Shown here piece by piece: positions 1 through 12,703 of a stretch of 64,000 bases of DNA (its first letter is position 1; each line of letters starts with the position of its first letter). A program made the position numbers and the translations under genes. Source of the DNA: Laetmonice hystrix (Eukaryota); NCBI GenBank assembly GCA_965235115.1, contig OZ249436.1, positions 36,768,001-36,832,000 on the forward strand. The letters run 5' to 3'. The notes under the pieces were generated by a model. The model had not been told where the DNA came from and made no database searches. It was given only the letters and a program-made list of their open reading frames with translations.

Positions 1-350
1 TACCAAAATATGATAGAAACTCAACTCGGTTGATTTGATTTTGTGCAGCCTAAATGTATCCGAGTGAAACCTAAGAATTAGGAAAGAGATTTGAATCTGA
101 GTGAGATCCACAGTGCGGTTTTGGATACTCACAACGTAAGAAGAAATAGATTTTGACGGAGGCCAGTATACTGATTTCAAGTGTTGGTCTGTATTCTTGG
201 GGGTTCAGTTTGATACAGCTGGTATTGTACGAGATTTATGTCAAAAGCCCTCTGCAATATATTTCTTTTTATGTTTTCTCTTTGAAGTATGCGCGTTGCT
301 ATACCTCAGCTTGGGTGCTAAAGGTGTGATCTTTCTGGTTGCCGTTCCAG

Positions 351-1031
351 ATGGTGTTACCCCATGGCAAAGCTCCCGGGAAACACCCAAGCATCAACCT
401 GAGCTCCATGTCTGTGCGCCAGGCACTGACCACGCACATTGTGCGCCCCATCGTGGAATCACGGGCCCCAGTGTGTGCATTCCGCCTCACTTGGCGAGGA
501 GAAACGAACGCACTGGAAGCGGTATGGAGCAACATTGTCCGCTACAGGCACAAAGTAGACAAGGTGCTCCACTCAGTATCGCAGGTCGACCTGGCGGTAT
601 CCGCCATCAGTGGTACCGTGGTGCATTACCAGACCAGGGCACTGGAAACGTTTCCAGCCTTGGCCTATTGGGTTGTGGGCAGGAACTCAAGCTTTGGCAA
701 CATGGAGCTAGCCAACAGGGTGCAGCAGTGCTCGGCGCAGCTGGGCGCCGTCGTAAAGCCTTTGACAGTGCGCAGGACGGTGACTGCCGAGGAGGGCGCA
801 CAGTCGGCCCTCTTCATGGTCGTCAAGGACCACGGGGAGGGGTACGTGAGGGCCAGGGTGAACATGTGCCCGACCATGACAGATGCTGAGAACAGATCGG
901 GGGCCAACGTCATGCAGGAGCCAATCGTCAAGTTTCTAGTCCGGGATCCCAAATACCTTCAACTTTTGCAGGCAGCGGAGAACGACTTCAATCAAGCACA
1001 TTTTGTGGCCTTGGTGGAATTGATCAAATGA
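351..1031 (+). CDS. Uncharacterized protein, paralog A (226 aa from ATG 351; probable coding exon after an intron)
   Basis: GC-rich open frame. ATG 351 directly follows a splice-acceptor-like ttccag. Shares motifs HIVxP, RLxWRG, VSAISGTV, FPALAYW, KD..G and PxVKxxVRD with the ORF at 6234-6875. Confidence 0.75.
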   Translation: MVLPHGKAPGKHPSINLSSMSVRQALTTHIVRPIVESRAPVCAFRLTWRGETNALEAVWSNIVRYRHKVDKVLHSVSQVDLAVSAISGTVVHYQTRALETFPALAYWVVGRNSSFGNMELANRVQQCSAQLGAVVKPLTVRRTVTAEEGAQSALFMVVKDHGEGYVRARVNMCPTMTDAENRSGANVMQEPIVKFLVRDPKYLQLLQAAENDFNQAHFVALVELIK

Positions 1032-2057
1032 GAAAGTGCTTGTTGGTCGTTGACTGAAGAACTAAAGAGGCATATCCCATGAAAGTCTGAGGGGACCATT
1101 TGTACTAGCCAAACGGGCCATTGACATACATGTATTTATAAAAGATCACCTCTTCACTTCAAGGTAGCTTCCACCCCCCTCTGGCCCAGTTTTTCCAAAA
1201 TTCTCAACTTGAGTAAGTGAACTAACAGGCTTCTGACTGGCTGGCCTAAGGAAACCAAGTATTCCTCTGGATAGACTAAGCTTATAGTGAACTGAATGAA
1301 CAATATGTTGCTGCTGGTGTGCCTCAGGTGACATTGATCTCAAAGAATCTCAGATAAAAATTGTGAGAAATGATGGGTTAGGGCCTACATCTGTAGTGTG
1401 ATAAAGCGTTGGCATTCCCTTCCAGAAATCTATCAATTATAGCCTTTGAGTAGACTAGTTAGAAAGTGTGTTTAATTTGTAAATTGTCAAGAGGAGTTAA
1501 GAGAATTCCTTGTTCTCATTTTATTGGATGTCATTTCATGCTATTATTTGGTAGTGAGTATATTTTCAAGATAGTTTTTCTTCTGTTCAGAACTATTCAG
1601 AGAAAATTATTACGAATGTTGAAATCCCAAAGTAACTCATCATAGCAATTTAGAAAGTGATGAGTAGCAGTAGAAGGGGCCTAGACCCAAGCTGTTGGAT
1701 TATTATTAGTGTAGTTGTTCTGTGGTATGTTGATCATCATGGACACCTACTCATTTATTAGAAATAACAAAAATAAAGGAAGCTTTTATCTGAAACAATA
1801 TGTGTAAACCCAATGAGTCTTTTACTGCTTTTGTCATCAGTAGCAACAGCTTTCCAAAGAAGAGAGAGCACGGAACAGTTTGGTCATTTAACATGAGAAA
1901 TATTTTTTTTATAAGGAGCTTGACAGTACAACCTGTCTGGAGATATTTTAGATGCATAGTCAGATTGTAGTCAGTGGGTTTATGGGTACTGTTGGAGCCT
2001 TATAGATCCTCCATACAAAATTAATCCTTTACTTTTGTTTACGAATAACCACCCCTG

Positions 2058-2233
2058 GGCCCGGTTTTCAGTTTGCCAACTTAGTCTTAAGATTTAAATC
2101 TTAAGATTGAGTTCTTGTTTCAGAGCTTCTGATTGGTCCTTCAAATGAAGTCAGCCAATGAGAGACCATAACACAAGTCAGTCTTAAAATTCCAGTCTTA
2201 AGATTGGTAAAATGAGGAACTAAAAACCAGGGC
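2058..2233. mobile_element. Palindromic MITE, PIF/Harbinger-like (CWG flanks)
   Basis: Imperfect TIRs ggcccggttttcag / ctaaaaaccagggc, internal mirrored tcttaaga and gattgg/ccaat motifs, flanked by ctg and cag. Confidence 0.6.
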
Positions 2234-2236
2234 CAG

Positions 2237-2323
2237 GGGCCAGTTGCATGACTCTCCGTTCGTTAAAATTCTCATTGAAAATACATGGGGAAATTAACGA
2301 ACAGAGAGTCGTGCAGCTGGCCC
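2237..2323. mobile_element. 87-bp palindromic MITE with CAG target-site duplication
   Basis: cag|gggccagttgcatgactctccgttcgttaa ... ttaacgaacagagagtcgtgcagctggccc|cag. Confidence 0.75.
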
Positions 2324-2330
2324 CAGGTGA

Positions 2331-4475
2331 TGCCAGGTTCCCACTGTCGTGCAATCCGTTATGAATGCGACGATTGGCCATTCGTAGCTGATCGTGGAAT
2401 TTGTGTTTACTTCTCTGAAATGTCACATTTGGATACGAAGTGATGCGAGTTGATAGTTTCTGGCGCTTGGATGTGATATGGTCACGATTAGTCAATTTCA
2501 GGTGACATGATCTGTCATGATCTGGTCTCCCGTTCAGATACGATCAGATACGTTCCGACAGGATTGTCCCGATTAAGTCCACGATTAGGTCCCGATTAGC
2601 CTACGTAGTAAGCCTCAGCCAGTGAGGCTTACGACCACTCAATGTTAGAAATTGGTGTGTCACTGGCAGTGCAAATTCATGTACCGATCAACTCACCGGC
2701 ATTTATTTATCAGGGGCAACGTCTTCTTTTAGTAGTTCAACAAGTATTTTAAGGATAAAACATCAAATTCCGAAGTGTCGTACACCTGCGTTGCCTGTTT
2801 ATGTCCCAGCATGCATCTCTCTGACCTAGCCAGGGGTGAGTTCCTGAACCCCTTGTCGTGCGTTAAGCTTGTCGTTAACAGTCAACTAATAACAAAGGTG
2901 TTCCACATCCCGTGTCGTGCGTTAAAATTTGCACGACAATGTCGTAGAACAGAGGAGAAATAAAGACATCTCCAACCCTGTCGTAACGACTCAAAAATTT
3001 GTCAATCCATTTATCTGGCATGTAAATACTGATGTTTTCGGCTCCATATGGCCTCTTTTAAGAATTGCATGGGCAAAAATCTCTAAAAAGCACCAAATAC
3101 CAAGTAGGATGGCTGATTCCGATCGAGCATCTCACTGACAGTCGACGTAGGCCCTACGGTCGAGCATAGATACCGCATTCTAACGTTAGAGGGCGTCACA
3201 ATCGTCGTCGGCACCTCCACAACACAAAACGAAGCAAAAACACTTTTAGGTCCCCACATGATGTGTTTCAAACGCGATTAGGAGTATTTATTGTATACCT
3301 GTCAAAAAATTCAGTGTTTGTGTATAAGCAGCAAACATAAACAACAGCTCCAACTGGTTTACGCTCACGGTGCCGCGACGTTCGTATTGAACAATGATCT
3401 CCGCTGAGAGATTTGTGACGTTAGCAACAACGATATGCAAGCGCACGACAAGCCAACGCACGACAAGGGATGAGGAACGGGTATCGTAGACCTTGTCGTT
3501 AATTTCTACGTTTAGGCCTACCACAAGCCAGCAGTTAACGCACGACAAGGGGTTCAGGAACTCACCCCAGGTCCCCTGCTCTATGTATGTCGTAACATAG
3601 CAGACGCGTCTGGCAGGATACCAGGCTACTCCCTGACCCGGGAGGTCAAAATGGCCGCGATAGGCAGAGAGCCAAATTCGTCGATTCTAGACTTTGTGTG
3701 CCCTTATTATGTCTCGTTGTGCTTTCCAAACTTGGAAATAAGTGAGATAAGTTACTTTAAGCGTGATTATCAATATTCAGTCCAGATATATGGGTAGGGG
3801 AGCGGTTTTCATGGTGGTTGGATGATTTGAACGAGCACACCAGGAACTTGCACTAAGTGGCGTCCATCTCTGTATACGGTAGTACAGAGACGGATACTCT
3901 GTCTAGGTCCCGATCTGACACGATCATCACGATTGGGGTCACTGATTTGGGACGATCCGGTACTTTCCTATACATTCCGATATGTTCTGATACGATCATC
4001 ACGAACTGATGTGCTCTGTTGCGATAGGATACGATTGTGGTCGTGATGTCTTTCATGATTAGGATGGCGAGTGATCATGATTTGAGCTTCGATTGGACCC
4101 CGATGGGTGTATACAGCCCGACTGACCATGGACTTCATTTCTACAGAGATCGTGGGAGATCGAAGGACATCTCAACAGAGCGCGGTGCTTGTCTTGTCCA
4201 AGGTTGATCCCGATCACCACGATTTTGAAGCACGATTAGATACGATCTGTCATGCTTTGTTACAATCCAATACGATCTGATGCGATGATCAAGATTGACA
4301 ATTAATCGTGTTGATCGTGGAAAACCGGTGAACCATGCAAAACTTTTCTATGATCAACACGATTGCCACGACTGACCTCAAGATCTGATACGATCTGATA
4401 GAATCACCATGATTACTCCACGATTAACACCACGATTTCAATCGCAGCGCAAATCGTGAGAGTGCGAACCTAGCA
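2331..4475. mobile_element. Non-autonomous TIR element (TGA TSD, PIF/Harbinger-like) hosting a nested MITE
   Basis: tga|tgccaggttcccact ... agtgcgaacctagca|tga. Both subterminal regions are rich in cacgat/atcgtg/gatacgatc motifs. Confidence 0.6.
2834..3567. mobile_element. 734-bp MITE with perfect 33-bp TIRs and CAG TSD
   Basis: cag|gggtgagttcctgaaccccttgtcgtgcgttaa ... ttaacgcacgacaaggggttcaggaactcaccc|cag. Confidence 0.9.
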
Positions 4476-4627
4476 TGACGTGTGAATGGGTGGTCTTGTA
4501 GTGCTGCACTATCGCTGATGATGCAGCACTACTTTGCGTGCGAGTATTTCTCAGCGCCCGAACGAGGAAGGGGTGGGGTGGGGTGGGGTTGTCTTGTTCA
4601 CTATACCTAAAGCTGAACGCCAGTAAT

Positions 4628-4771
4628 TGAGTCAAACGCTAGCCAGAGCGAGAGGATATAAAGACCTGTAGGAGACCGACTGTCTGGTTGTGTGCAGACA
4701 GTGCAAGAAGAGGACATTTGCCAAGCCAAGTCAGACCGACAAAACGAATTGCCTCTAACTGTTCGGTAAGT
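4628..4771 (+). promoter_or_regulatory. Putative promoter and non-coding first exon of paralog B
   Basis: TGAGTCA (AP-1-like) at 4628-4634, TATAAA at 4657-4662, donor g|gtaagt at 4766. A matching acceptor (ctatttctccttgcag) ends at 6230, just before the ORF. Confidence 0.4.
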
Positions 4772-5874
4772 CGACTTAAATTGTTCTTATCACACCTTCC
4801 TAAAATACTGTTCATAGTATCCTACATTGTATGTAAAATGGAACGTTGCTCAGTCGTTGGGTAGTAGTTGTTACCTTTGATACACCTTGTACACTGATAT
4901 TGTAAAGATGTCATGGGTGAGCTTAACAGTCAGTATTTGTATGTTGAGGGTCACTCGGGCAAGTGGGTATTTGATTTCCAAAATATTTAAGTACAATTCA
5001 TCCAAAGTTCACCCCAGGGTGTGATGTCCTTGGACTTTATAGTAGTGTACTATATTGTGTTGTCTCTTCCATAGAAAACCAACTGTTATCTTGAGAGCCG
5101 TTGCCCACAGACTGTTGAATGATGTTACGAACAAAAGGCGAGGGAAGCTGTAGACCGTGTCGTTGGAAGAAGACCAGTTGACAGTCAATGGCAGCTGGTC
5201 GAAGACGGCACGACACGGAATATGGAAGGAAACTTCGTACAGAAGGGAAGATGGCGCAGTGAGGGGTTCTAACACGAGGGAGGGCCTTATTTTGTCAAGA
5301 ATATACATGTGATGTATTTGCCATGTGATATTTTTAGTCGGATAATAAAGGTTGTTAAATACGCGAAGTAAGTGTTCAGCTCATTACATCAGTAAAAAAT
5401 TTATATCAAAGAAATTGTCTCCTTCTCCTTTTTCTCCTCTTTCTTCTTCTCGTTGTCCTTTTCTTGTACCTTCTTCCTTTACAATCTACCTTTTCTTCTT
5501 CATACATCCCGTGACCAATGTAAACACTTACTTGGGGCAGAGCTGAGTCCGAATTGGTGCCCTAGGGTTGACAGATCTCAAGGACCGCAATGCAGAAGAT
5601 TCGGTCTTAGACTACCAACGTGGTATATACTGAAAGATCACATCGGGCCAAAATACGGACGAGGAATGTCATAATCGCATAAGAACGAGTTTCTACGTCG
5701 TGTTGCAGTGGGGTTCTCTGTACCTGGGACATGTGAGAGAAGTAAATCATTGCCAACAGAGAACAATATTATATTCACTCTTGCCAAGAAAACTAGATTA
5801 ATTTCGAAGGGTCTACAAGTTTGAGGATCGACGGTCGTTAGTCTTTAGGTCTATGTCTATGGTTAGACATGGGT

Positions 5875-6053
5875 CAGGGCCCTACACACCGGGCCGGGGG
5901 GGGGGGGGGCAGAGACCTAGCGTCAGAAGGCCACAAGGGCCCTGCTTACAAGGATGAGTTCACCCTTTAAAAAGGGCACCTGTGCGTAAAAAAAGGGTAC
6001 TTTTTCACCATGATCAGTGCCCCCCCCCCCCCCATCCGCCAGGTACGGCCCTG
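5875..6053. mobile_element. Short hAT-like MITE (CAGGGCC termini)
   Basis: cagggcccta ... tacggccctg; flanks tgggt/agggt (4 of 5 match); internal poly-G and poly-C. Confidence 0.55.
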
Positions 6054-6233
6054 AGGGTTGTGGTTCCCGGCAACTGAACTTATCAGTGAGGATGATTGTA
6101 CACTCGCTGCGTTTGGCTCTGATTTACCCTCAACTTGAGACCAATTCCCGGGTCGAACTTTTATTCCCAATTCGCCTTCAGTTTCACGTCCAATAACTGC
6201 TGGCTGAGTCTGCACTATTTCTCCTTGCAGATT

Positions 6234-6875
6234 ATGAACCCAGGAAGGAGCATGGTGTCCAAGTTACAGAGTCCCGCTGTGGTGAAGGTCGGCAGCTATG
6301 AGCTTCAGAAGCTCCTATCTAACCACATAGTGAACCCGGTCACTGGTGACGGCCACCATGTCTCCGCAATGCGCCTCATCTGGCGCGGCAATGAGGACAC
6401 CCGCAACGCCACCTGGGGACAACTCGCCAACTTTCAGCAGCAAGTTGACGCCAAGTTGAAGGAGTTGCCCGGCCTCGTCATGTTTGTATCGGCCATCTCT
6501 GGCACGGTGTCCAAGCACCAGAACTTGCCCGGAAAGCCGGTCGACATATTCCCGGCCCTGGCATATTGGCTGGTGCTGCGACACCCAGACGAGGAGAGGG
6601 CACTGTATTCGTTGATGTCGCAGAACCCACTCGGGGCGACCTTACGTCACCTAACCACCCGCCAGGGGGCCGACAACACACGTGGGCTGGACCTCCTGTG
6701 CATGGCCATCAAGGATTACAACTCAGGCTTTATATACGATAAGATAGGCAGTTCAGCGGAGAGCAACCCCTTGGTCAAGGTGTTTGTGAGAGACCAAAGA
6801 TACGTTGATCCGCTTATGGCTGGAATTCTGACGTTGCAGAGAGCGGGTCTTCAGGTCAGCCTCGAGTGTTATTAG
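6234..6875 (+). CDS. Uncharacterized protein, paralog B (213 aa from ATG 6234)
   Basis: GC-rich open frame starting just after a polypyrimidine-CAG acceptor at 6230. Colinear motif identity with 351-1031. AATAAA near 6991. Confidence 0.75.
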   Translation: MNPGRSMVSKLQSPAVVKVGSYELQKLLSNHIVNPVTGDGHHVSAMRLIWRGNEDTRNATWGQLANFQQQVDAKLKELPGLVMFVSAISGTVSKHQNLPGKPVDIFPALAYWLVLRHPDEERALYSLMSQNPLGATLRHLTTRQGADNTRGLDLLCMAIKDYNSGFIYDKIGSSAESNPLVKVFVRDQRYVDPLMAGILTLQRAGLQVSLECY

Positions 6876-8530
6876 GGACTTCTTCTGGAATTCCTAGTTA
6901 GTTTGCCGCATGCAAGTACGTTAATAAGTAGACAGACCGAGGAACCCACCATTGTATTTATACAGTGACGCTAGAGAAGACAAGCTGAACAATAAATAGA
7001 GAAGTAGCTATATAGGCCTAGCTGTAAGGTATCTGAAGTGGAGAAGACATTGCTATTGTTGGACACGTTTCCCATCAGCATCGACAATGCGGACTACTTT
7101 TCCAGTTTGATAAAGGACAGGGTCAAGAAACAGTAGACTGTGTAAGTAGAACCCTCGAGAGTTATGAAAAGATGTGACCATTCTACGCGTCGGATGGGCT
7201 CAGTTGGGTCAAGTCAAGGGATGCCTCCCTCATTTACGAACGGGGGGGGGGGGGCTCAAATCAGGCCCCACTGTAGGCCGAAATTGGCCTGATGTAGAGC
7301 CTATTTTCGATCCAGGTGGGCCCCCAGACAAACCCACTTGGGGCTGAAATGAGCGACCCCTATCGGGGTGATTGGGACGCGTGTGTTTACCTGCTACTAT
7401 CAGATAGTTGAGAGGACCGTTATTATACATCCATTACCGGCTGTATGCTACATAAAAGGGAATAGGGAGTTCCATCCGTGGGGTGATCAAGTTTTAATGT
7501 ACTCTGGACATATACTCAGTCCATATGTGTTTTGTTTTTCAGCAATACTTTTGTTTTTATCCCAGTTGGTTTAGGGAAATTCTGGCTTAGTGCCATGATT
7601 GTGCCGAAATTCTGTATCGAAATGAAGGCAGAGACTGATAAGGGCATTGATATCCTGATTTGGATGGCAATGGTGAAATTAATGAATGATGGGACGATGT
7701 CAAATGATGAAGATTGATTTTTATCAATTATTCCGGGGGCAGGGGGGGGGGGTCTGGTTCTTCCAAATGTGAAGTTATTATCAGAAGTTCCGGGCAGGTA
7801 GGCCTAATAGAGTAATAAAAGACGTGCATTGGTAGGGGAAAATGAGGGGGTCGGATTTCAGATACGCTCTTTTATTTTTGAGGGAGAGTTATTCGATAAT
7901 TTTGGTTGCAGCAAGAATTAGTTGAAGTATGGCAAGAGCCGACCACTTTTTGTTTTGAATAATTCTGAAGCAGGATCATGATAATTGATCAGGGACTTAG
8001 GCAAAAACAATAATTCTGAGTTCATAATTATTAAAGGGAAATCCGACTCTTCCTCTGCTTATGAGAGGGCAATGGCCCGTTTTATTACTGCCACAATATG
8101 AGGGCGTGCTGCGTGTGGCGCCATCTTGTGGAAGACCGGGAAATCATTTCCGTCCTCAGCACCCTGTGTTGACTGCTTGGGGTGTTGCAGTTTAATAACA
8201 CTACTGTCTTGAAAAATTGAAGGTGCTGGAGGACGAATATGACGGATTATAATCGCAGAATAATAATAGAATAGGGGAAAACGGTTTTCTTTGTTATATG
8301 CCTAAGCCTTGCCTTGATAGACGCTACGTTTGACTTTCCATTTATAGCATAAACCCACAGATATGGAGGGGGGAATAGTAAAAATCACGGTCAGTGGGTT
8401 TGAATGTCGGAGTGATCCACATCCGGAGCTGTGAAAATACGGACATTCAGAACAATAGATCTAATTAATAACTAAACTTTGTAATCAAATTTATTGTAGA
8501 TCTTTAGATCTCTCAAATTTAACAACAAGC

Positions 8531-9236
8531 TTTATTTTATGGCTGCCGCACTTTCCCTGTCCTGATTGGTCAGTTCCCTGTCACGTGATCACAGATAAAA
8601 ACTAATATTGCGCGGAAAAAGTAATATTGACCAGTCAATATTACTTTTGCATTGCCGTCAAGTGTTTTCACCCCCTCGTGCAAATAGGCTCCTAGGCATT
8701 CTTAACGTAACTTTAATAGAACAGCCTGGGGGGTGACAGCGTATGATAGCAAAGCGGAAACTACGCGAGGCTGAGTTCAGAATCTTGTATAGCCTCTAGT
8801 CTAGGCTAGCTCTAGGCCTAGCTAGATAAAGCAGTCGTGAACACGATGGATCCCTGTAGCCTATCTAATTTCCCGACATGAGAAGTTTATGTGGTGACTG
8901 ATTGTTAAGATTGGTCATGGTTTTGATCATGGTTTACTGGTAGAATTGTGAGTACTGACGCACTGAGGCTCAGCATACCGGTAGGCCTAGGTCTAGATGA
9001 TGAATCTTATGGAGTAAAGTTAAACTGACTGTGCAGTCGTCGATGGATCCTGGCATAGACAGGAAAAGTGCGGCAGTCATAAAATAAATCAAATATGGCA
9101 CTTGGTATCGTGCAATATGAAAATTTATGGCACTCTGGAAACTGATATTGCACTCCGCTTCGCGTCGTGCAATATCAGTTGCCATCGTGCCATAAATTTT
9201 CATATTGCACTCAACCAAGTGCCATATTTGTATAAT
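8531..9236. mobile_element. Non-autonomous element with a terminal/subterminal inverted repeat plus a long 3' hairpin (Crypton- or Helentron/HINE-like layout)
   Basis: 8531-8561 (tttattttatggctgccgcactttccctgtc) is the reverse complement of 9058-9088 at 29/31 positions. A ~140-bp hairpin follows at 9090-9230. Confidence 0.6.
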
Positions 9237-10212
9237 ATTTGTAGCCAAATGTCAAATAACCATATTGCTTAATCATGCAACCATACTAGTTTTCTAAAAG
9301 GTCACTTTAAGACTTAAGTTAACTAATTAGCCTAAGTTAGCTATTAGTTTTGTGATTTATGAGTTTGGAAACAACAAGGAAAAATATATTAATTTTCACG
9401 TATAATTGTTTTCTGTGCTGGTTCTAAACTGCTCTAACATGTAAACACAGGATCGTATTACTTAATCATGTTAGCTCTTCAAATTGATGTGATGGGGGGG
9501 GGGGGGGCTATATTACAATAAAATGCCTTTGATAGGACTTTATATAGTATTTAACATATTTGATTGGACCAATTGCCCTTTTTACATTAAATACTTAGGA
9601 TAATGAATAATTTCTTTTATGTAAGCTATTCACCAATTAACGACAATGGCGACCGGTAACTGAAACCCTGCTAATCCTTCACCGGCTCAAAATGTATTAC
9701 GTTTACTGGCTATCGGGACTATGGACCAGTGCGGCGACGTCGTATGTAGTCTAGGGCCCATATAATTTCAGGGCCGTGTGCAGGATCTTTTGAGGGGGTG
9801 GGGGGGGAGGCAGAACGGAGCTAAGTTGGCGGGGTCCAGTTGAGATGGGGGGGGGGTGTCCCAACCATAATATTAGTCATTCATTTTGGGGGGAGGGGTG
9901 TTCCAGTTAGCCCGAAATCCCCCTGGCTACACACCTTTTTTGGGGGGTGGGGTGGGGGGTACACTTGGGCGGCGAAGCCATGCTAGGGGGATCCGGGACC
10001 GGGAGATTTTGAAATTTAAGGTATAATTTGGTCCATTTAGAGGTCTGAAATGACATTCTGTTTGGTAGATCGCGGCGACTTCATGCGCTGGGAAATCGCT
10101 GACTCGTCTATTAATCGGGAAAGTCATTCTATGATGGTTTCCAGTCATGTTTTCCTGACACATGCAGGCGTTCATACTAATAGATAAGTTCTGCAATCGG
10201 TCAGAACATCAT

Positions 10213-10255
10213 TGGAGTGAGTGAGTGATTGGTTGGTGTTGAAACTGTCCGCAAC
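10213..10255 (-). mobile_element. SINE 3' tail remnant
   Basis: Reverse complement ends caacaccaaccaatcactcactcactcc, resembling the (actc)n tail of the SINE at 36439-36773. Confidence 0.4.
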
Positions 10256-11489
10256 TGTTGAATAAGGACGAGAATAAGGTGCTTTGCTTATCCAGTCAGT
10301 TTGTGGTGATGTCAAGAAATCTTAGCATATTAGATTAGGTCGACCCGATTAGAGTGATGTGACCAAATGGTTACTGAGAACCTTTAAGTGCTGAGCATGC
10401 ATGATAAACAGTCATTTAGAAGAGCAGTGAGTTTATTTGATTTAACATGGGCACACTTGTGCGTAATGCTGTTTCGAGAGCTGAGATTAAATTAAAACTT
10501 TAAACTTAGCGTGGCTCAATTTCCGAAAGAGGACGTGGGTTGCATTGTAACAGTAGATACATTGTTGTCTAAGTGCTTCCCATGTAGTTGCAATCCAGTT
10601 TCCAATGTCGACACTGCTCTCCAAGGACCATGGAGTGAAGGAAAATCTCTGAATACGGTGACCCTGAAGGATGTATTTCTTAGGTTCACAATTCCTTACT
10701 TCTCAGACAATTCACGTCCTTCTCAATGATAACATGATAGGAGGCCTATTCTTTAGCTGCACAGCCAAGATAAAAGGGAAGGCATGGTCTGAAAAGGAAA
10801 GAAATCGCATTATGAAGCTAGGGGAATTATATATCGGCAAAGGACGGAGAAGGGATTTTTAAGGACTGTTGGTTTCTACTAAGGCAGTTGTCCTTGGACG
10901 TCGCAAGGACAATCGCCCTATACCCCCTTTATACTCCCTTTATACAGGGGTAGCAATCGTTAAAGGGGCATATTATGAGGAAATGTGAAAAATCTGTATT
11001 TTAAAGAACTTTTGCTGTTTTCATGAAGAGATCCTTCATTAAAATTGCTTGGTAAACAAAGACAGTCAGTTTCATTTTGCGTGAGAAATCGAAGTTTATG
11101 AAGCTCCCTTGCCTGCTTCTCTGCCGATTTCGTAAAAGATCTTTTTGGGTGGCATTCTGATGCCGGACGATCGAGTGCAACTGATGAATTGTTTACAACT
11201 AAACGAAGTACGTGACTAAGCACATGCAGAGAGTGCACACGCAGGAGGTGACGCAGTATGCAAATACACGGGTTGATGGGAGGTTGTCTACCAAATTAAG
11301 GTGGGAGATGTGCTATCGGGAGAAATCTATGGGTTTGGTCGTATAGAACCTACTTGTGCTGCATACGCAGCGAAAACACGTCGGAGGACAAAATGCTGTG
11401 GTAGGATTATTTACTTGGATCCCTAGTACACGGTCATGTTGGATAATTGCCGGAAATCCCCAACAACGTGTTCCATAGCATGCCCCTTT

Positions 11490-12703
11490 AAGAGATCGTT
11501 GAGCGATGGAGAAATGGTCAGACCTCTCAACGATCTTTCAATAAGCGCCCAGCGATCGCCAAGATCTCTCAATGATCTTCCAGTGATCTCCACGGTCTCC
11601 TCAAAGTTTTGAGTCATCCAAAACAATCTCTGAACGATCGCCAAGGGAAGCGATCTATCAACGAACGCTCAAAGAACGCTCAAGGGGCGCTCAACGATCT
11701 CGTGGATCTCCCAATAATCTCAGCGATCTTTCAATGAATGCCAAATTTTTCCACCCCGAAGGTAGAGATGGCTAAGAGATCAGTGAGGGATCGCTGAGCG
11801 TTCGATGAAAGACCAATAGAGTTCATTGAAAGACCGCGGTGGAGATCGCTGAGAGATCATTGGGCGATCAATTTCCGCTTGAGAGCTTGTTGAGCGTTCA
11901 TTGAGAGATTGGGGAGACATTGCCGCGGTGATGGGAAGCGCGGCATTGGGGGCTATACATAAGGGTGCTAACCCCCCTATTTTACCTGTCGAAGAAACGC
12001 TCAACAACTTCTTGGTCGCCCAAGGAACTCTTAATGATCCCTCAGCGATCTCTCCTGGTCTCTCAGTCTTTCTTGGTCGCACCTGATCTCTCAGCGATCT
12101 CCGTAGATCTCTCAGTGATTTCTATTTGTCGCACAATGAGCACTCAGCAAACTCTCAATGGTTGCTGCAGGAGGCTTAGTCTCCATTGATCTCTCAAGGA
12201 TCTTTTAATGAGCGCTCAATGATCGCCAAGGTCGCTCACAGATCTGTATAGGTCGCCATGAAAGTTGGCGAAAATTGCATATTTGATCGCAGAACGAGCG
12301 CACAAGGATCTCCCAAACATTTACACAGAAACGGCCCTGCGAGGCTGTAGGAGCTCGGCCAATTTTTGATTGCTCAATGGTCACCCAACGATCTCCGTGT
12401 GTGTTAAGCCGGTGTCACACGGCACGATATTTCCTTCCGATCCTCTGACCGTCCGACATCGGACACAGATCGGACCAAATATCGGGCCGTGTGAGCACAA
12501 GGTCGTGCCGTGTGATAATGATGGTGATCGGAGCAATATCGGAGGGTCGGTGAGTCCGAGGAAAGTCTGACAGTGTCGGACTTTTCACCGAGAACGCTCC
12601 GACCTGACCCCCGATTTACCTCTGATCGTCGGAAGCTCGGGCGGTTGGAGGATCGGTGGGAATATTATCGTGCCGTGTGACACCGGCTTAAATGGGACCC
12701 TTA
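11490..12703. mobile_element. Truncated TIR-type element rich in gatc/agcgatc motifs, interrupted near its right end by a MITE
   Basis: Dense mirrored gatcgc/gcgatc/gagatc motifs. The right end gtgtgt[insertion]aatgggaccctta is visible; the left terminus was not found. Confidence 0.45.
12407..12688. mobile_element. MITE with ~23-bp TIRs in a TA/TTAA context
   Basis: tta|agccggtgtcacacggcacgata ... tatcgtgccgtgtgacaccggct|taa. Confidence 0.85.

Noticed and set aside
197..889. 230-aa ORF overlapping paralog A in another frame
   Set aside because: Shadow frame of GC-rich coding sequence; only the 351-1031 frame is conserved with paralog B.
5020..5391. Solo LTR candidate (tgtgatgt...AATAAA...ttacatca)
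   Set aside because: TG..CA ends and a poly(A) signal fit, but there is no TSD, PBS or second copy in the window, so it is unsupported.
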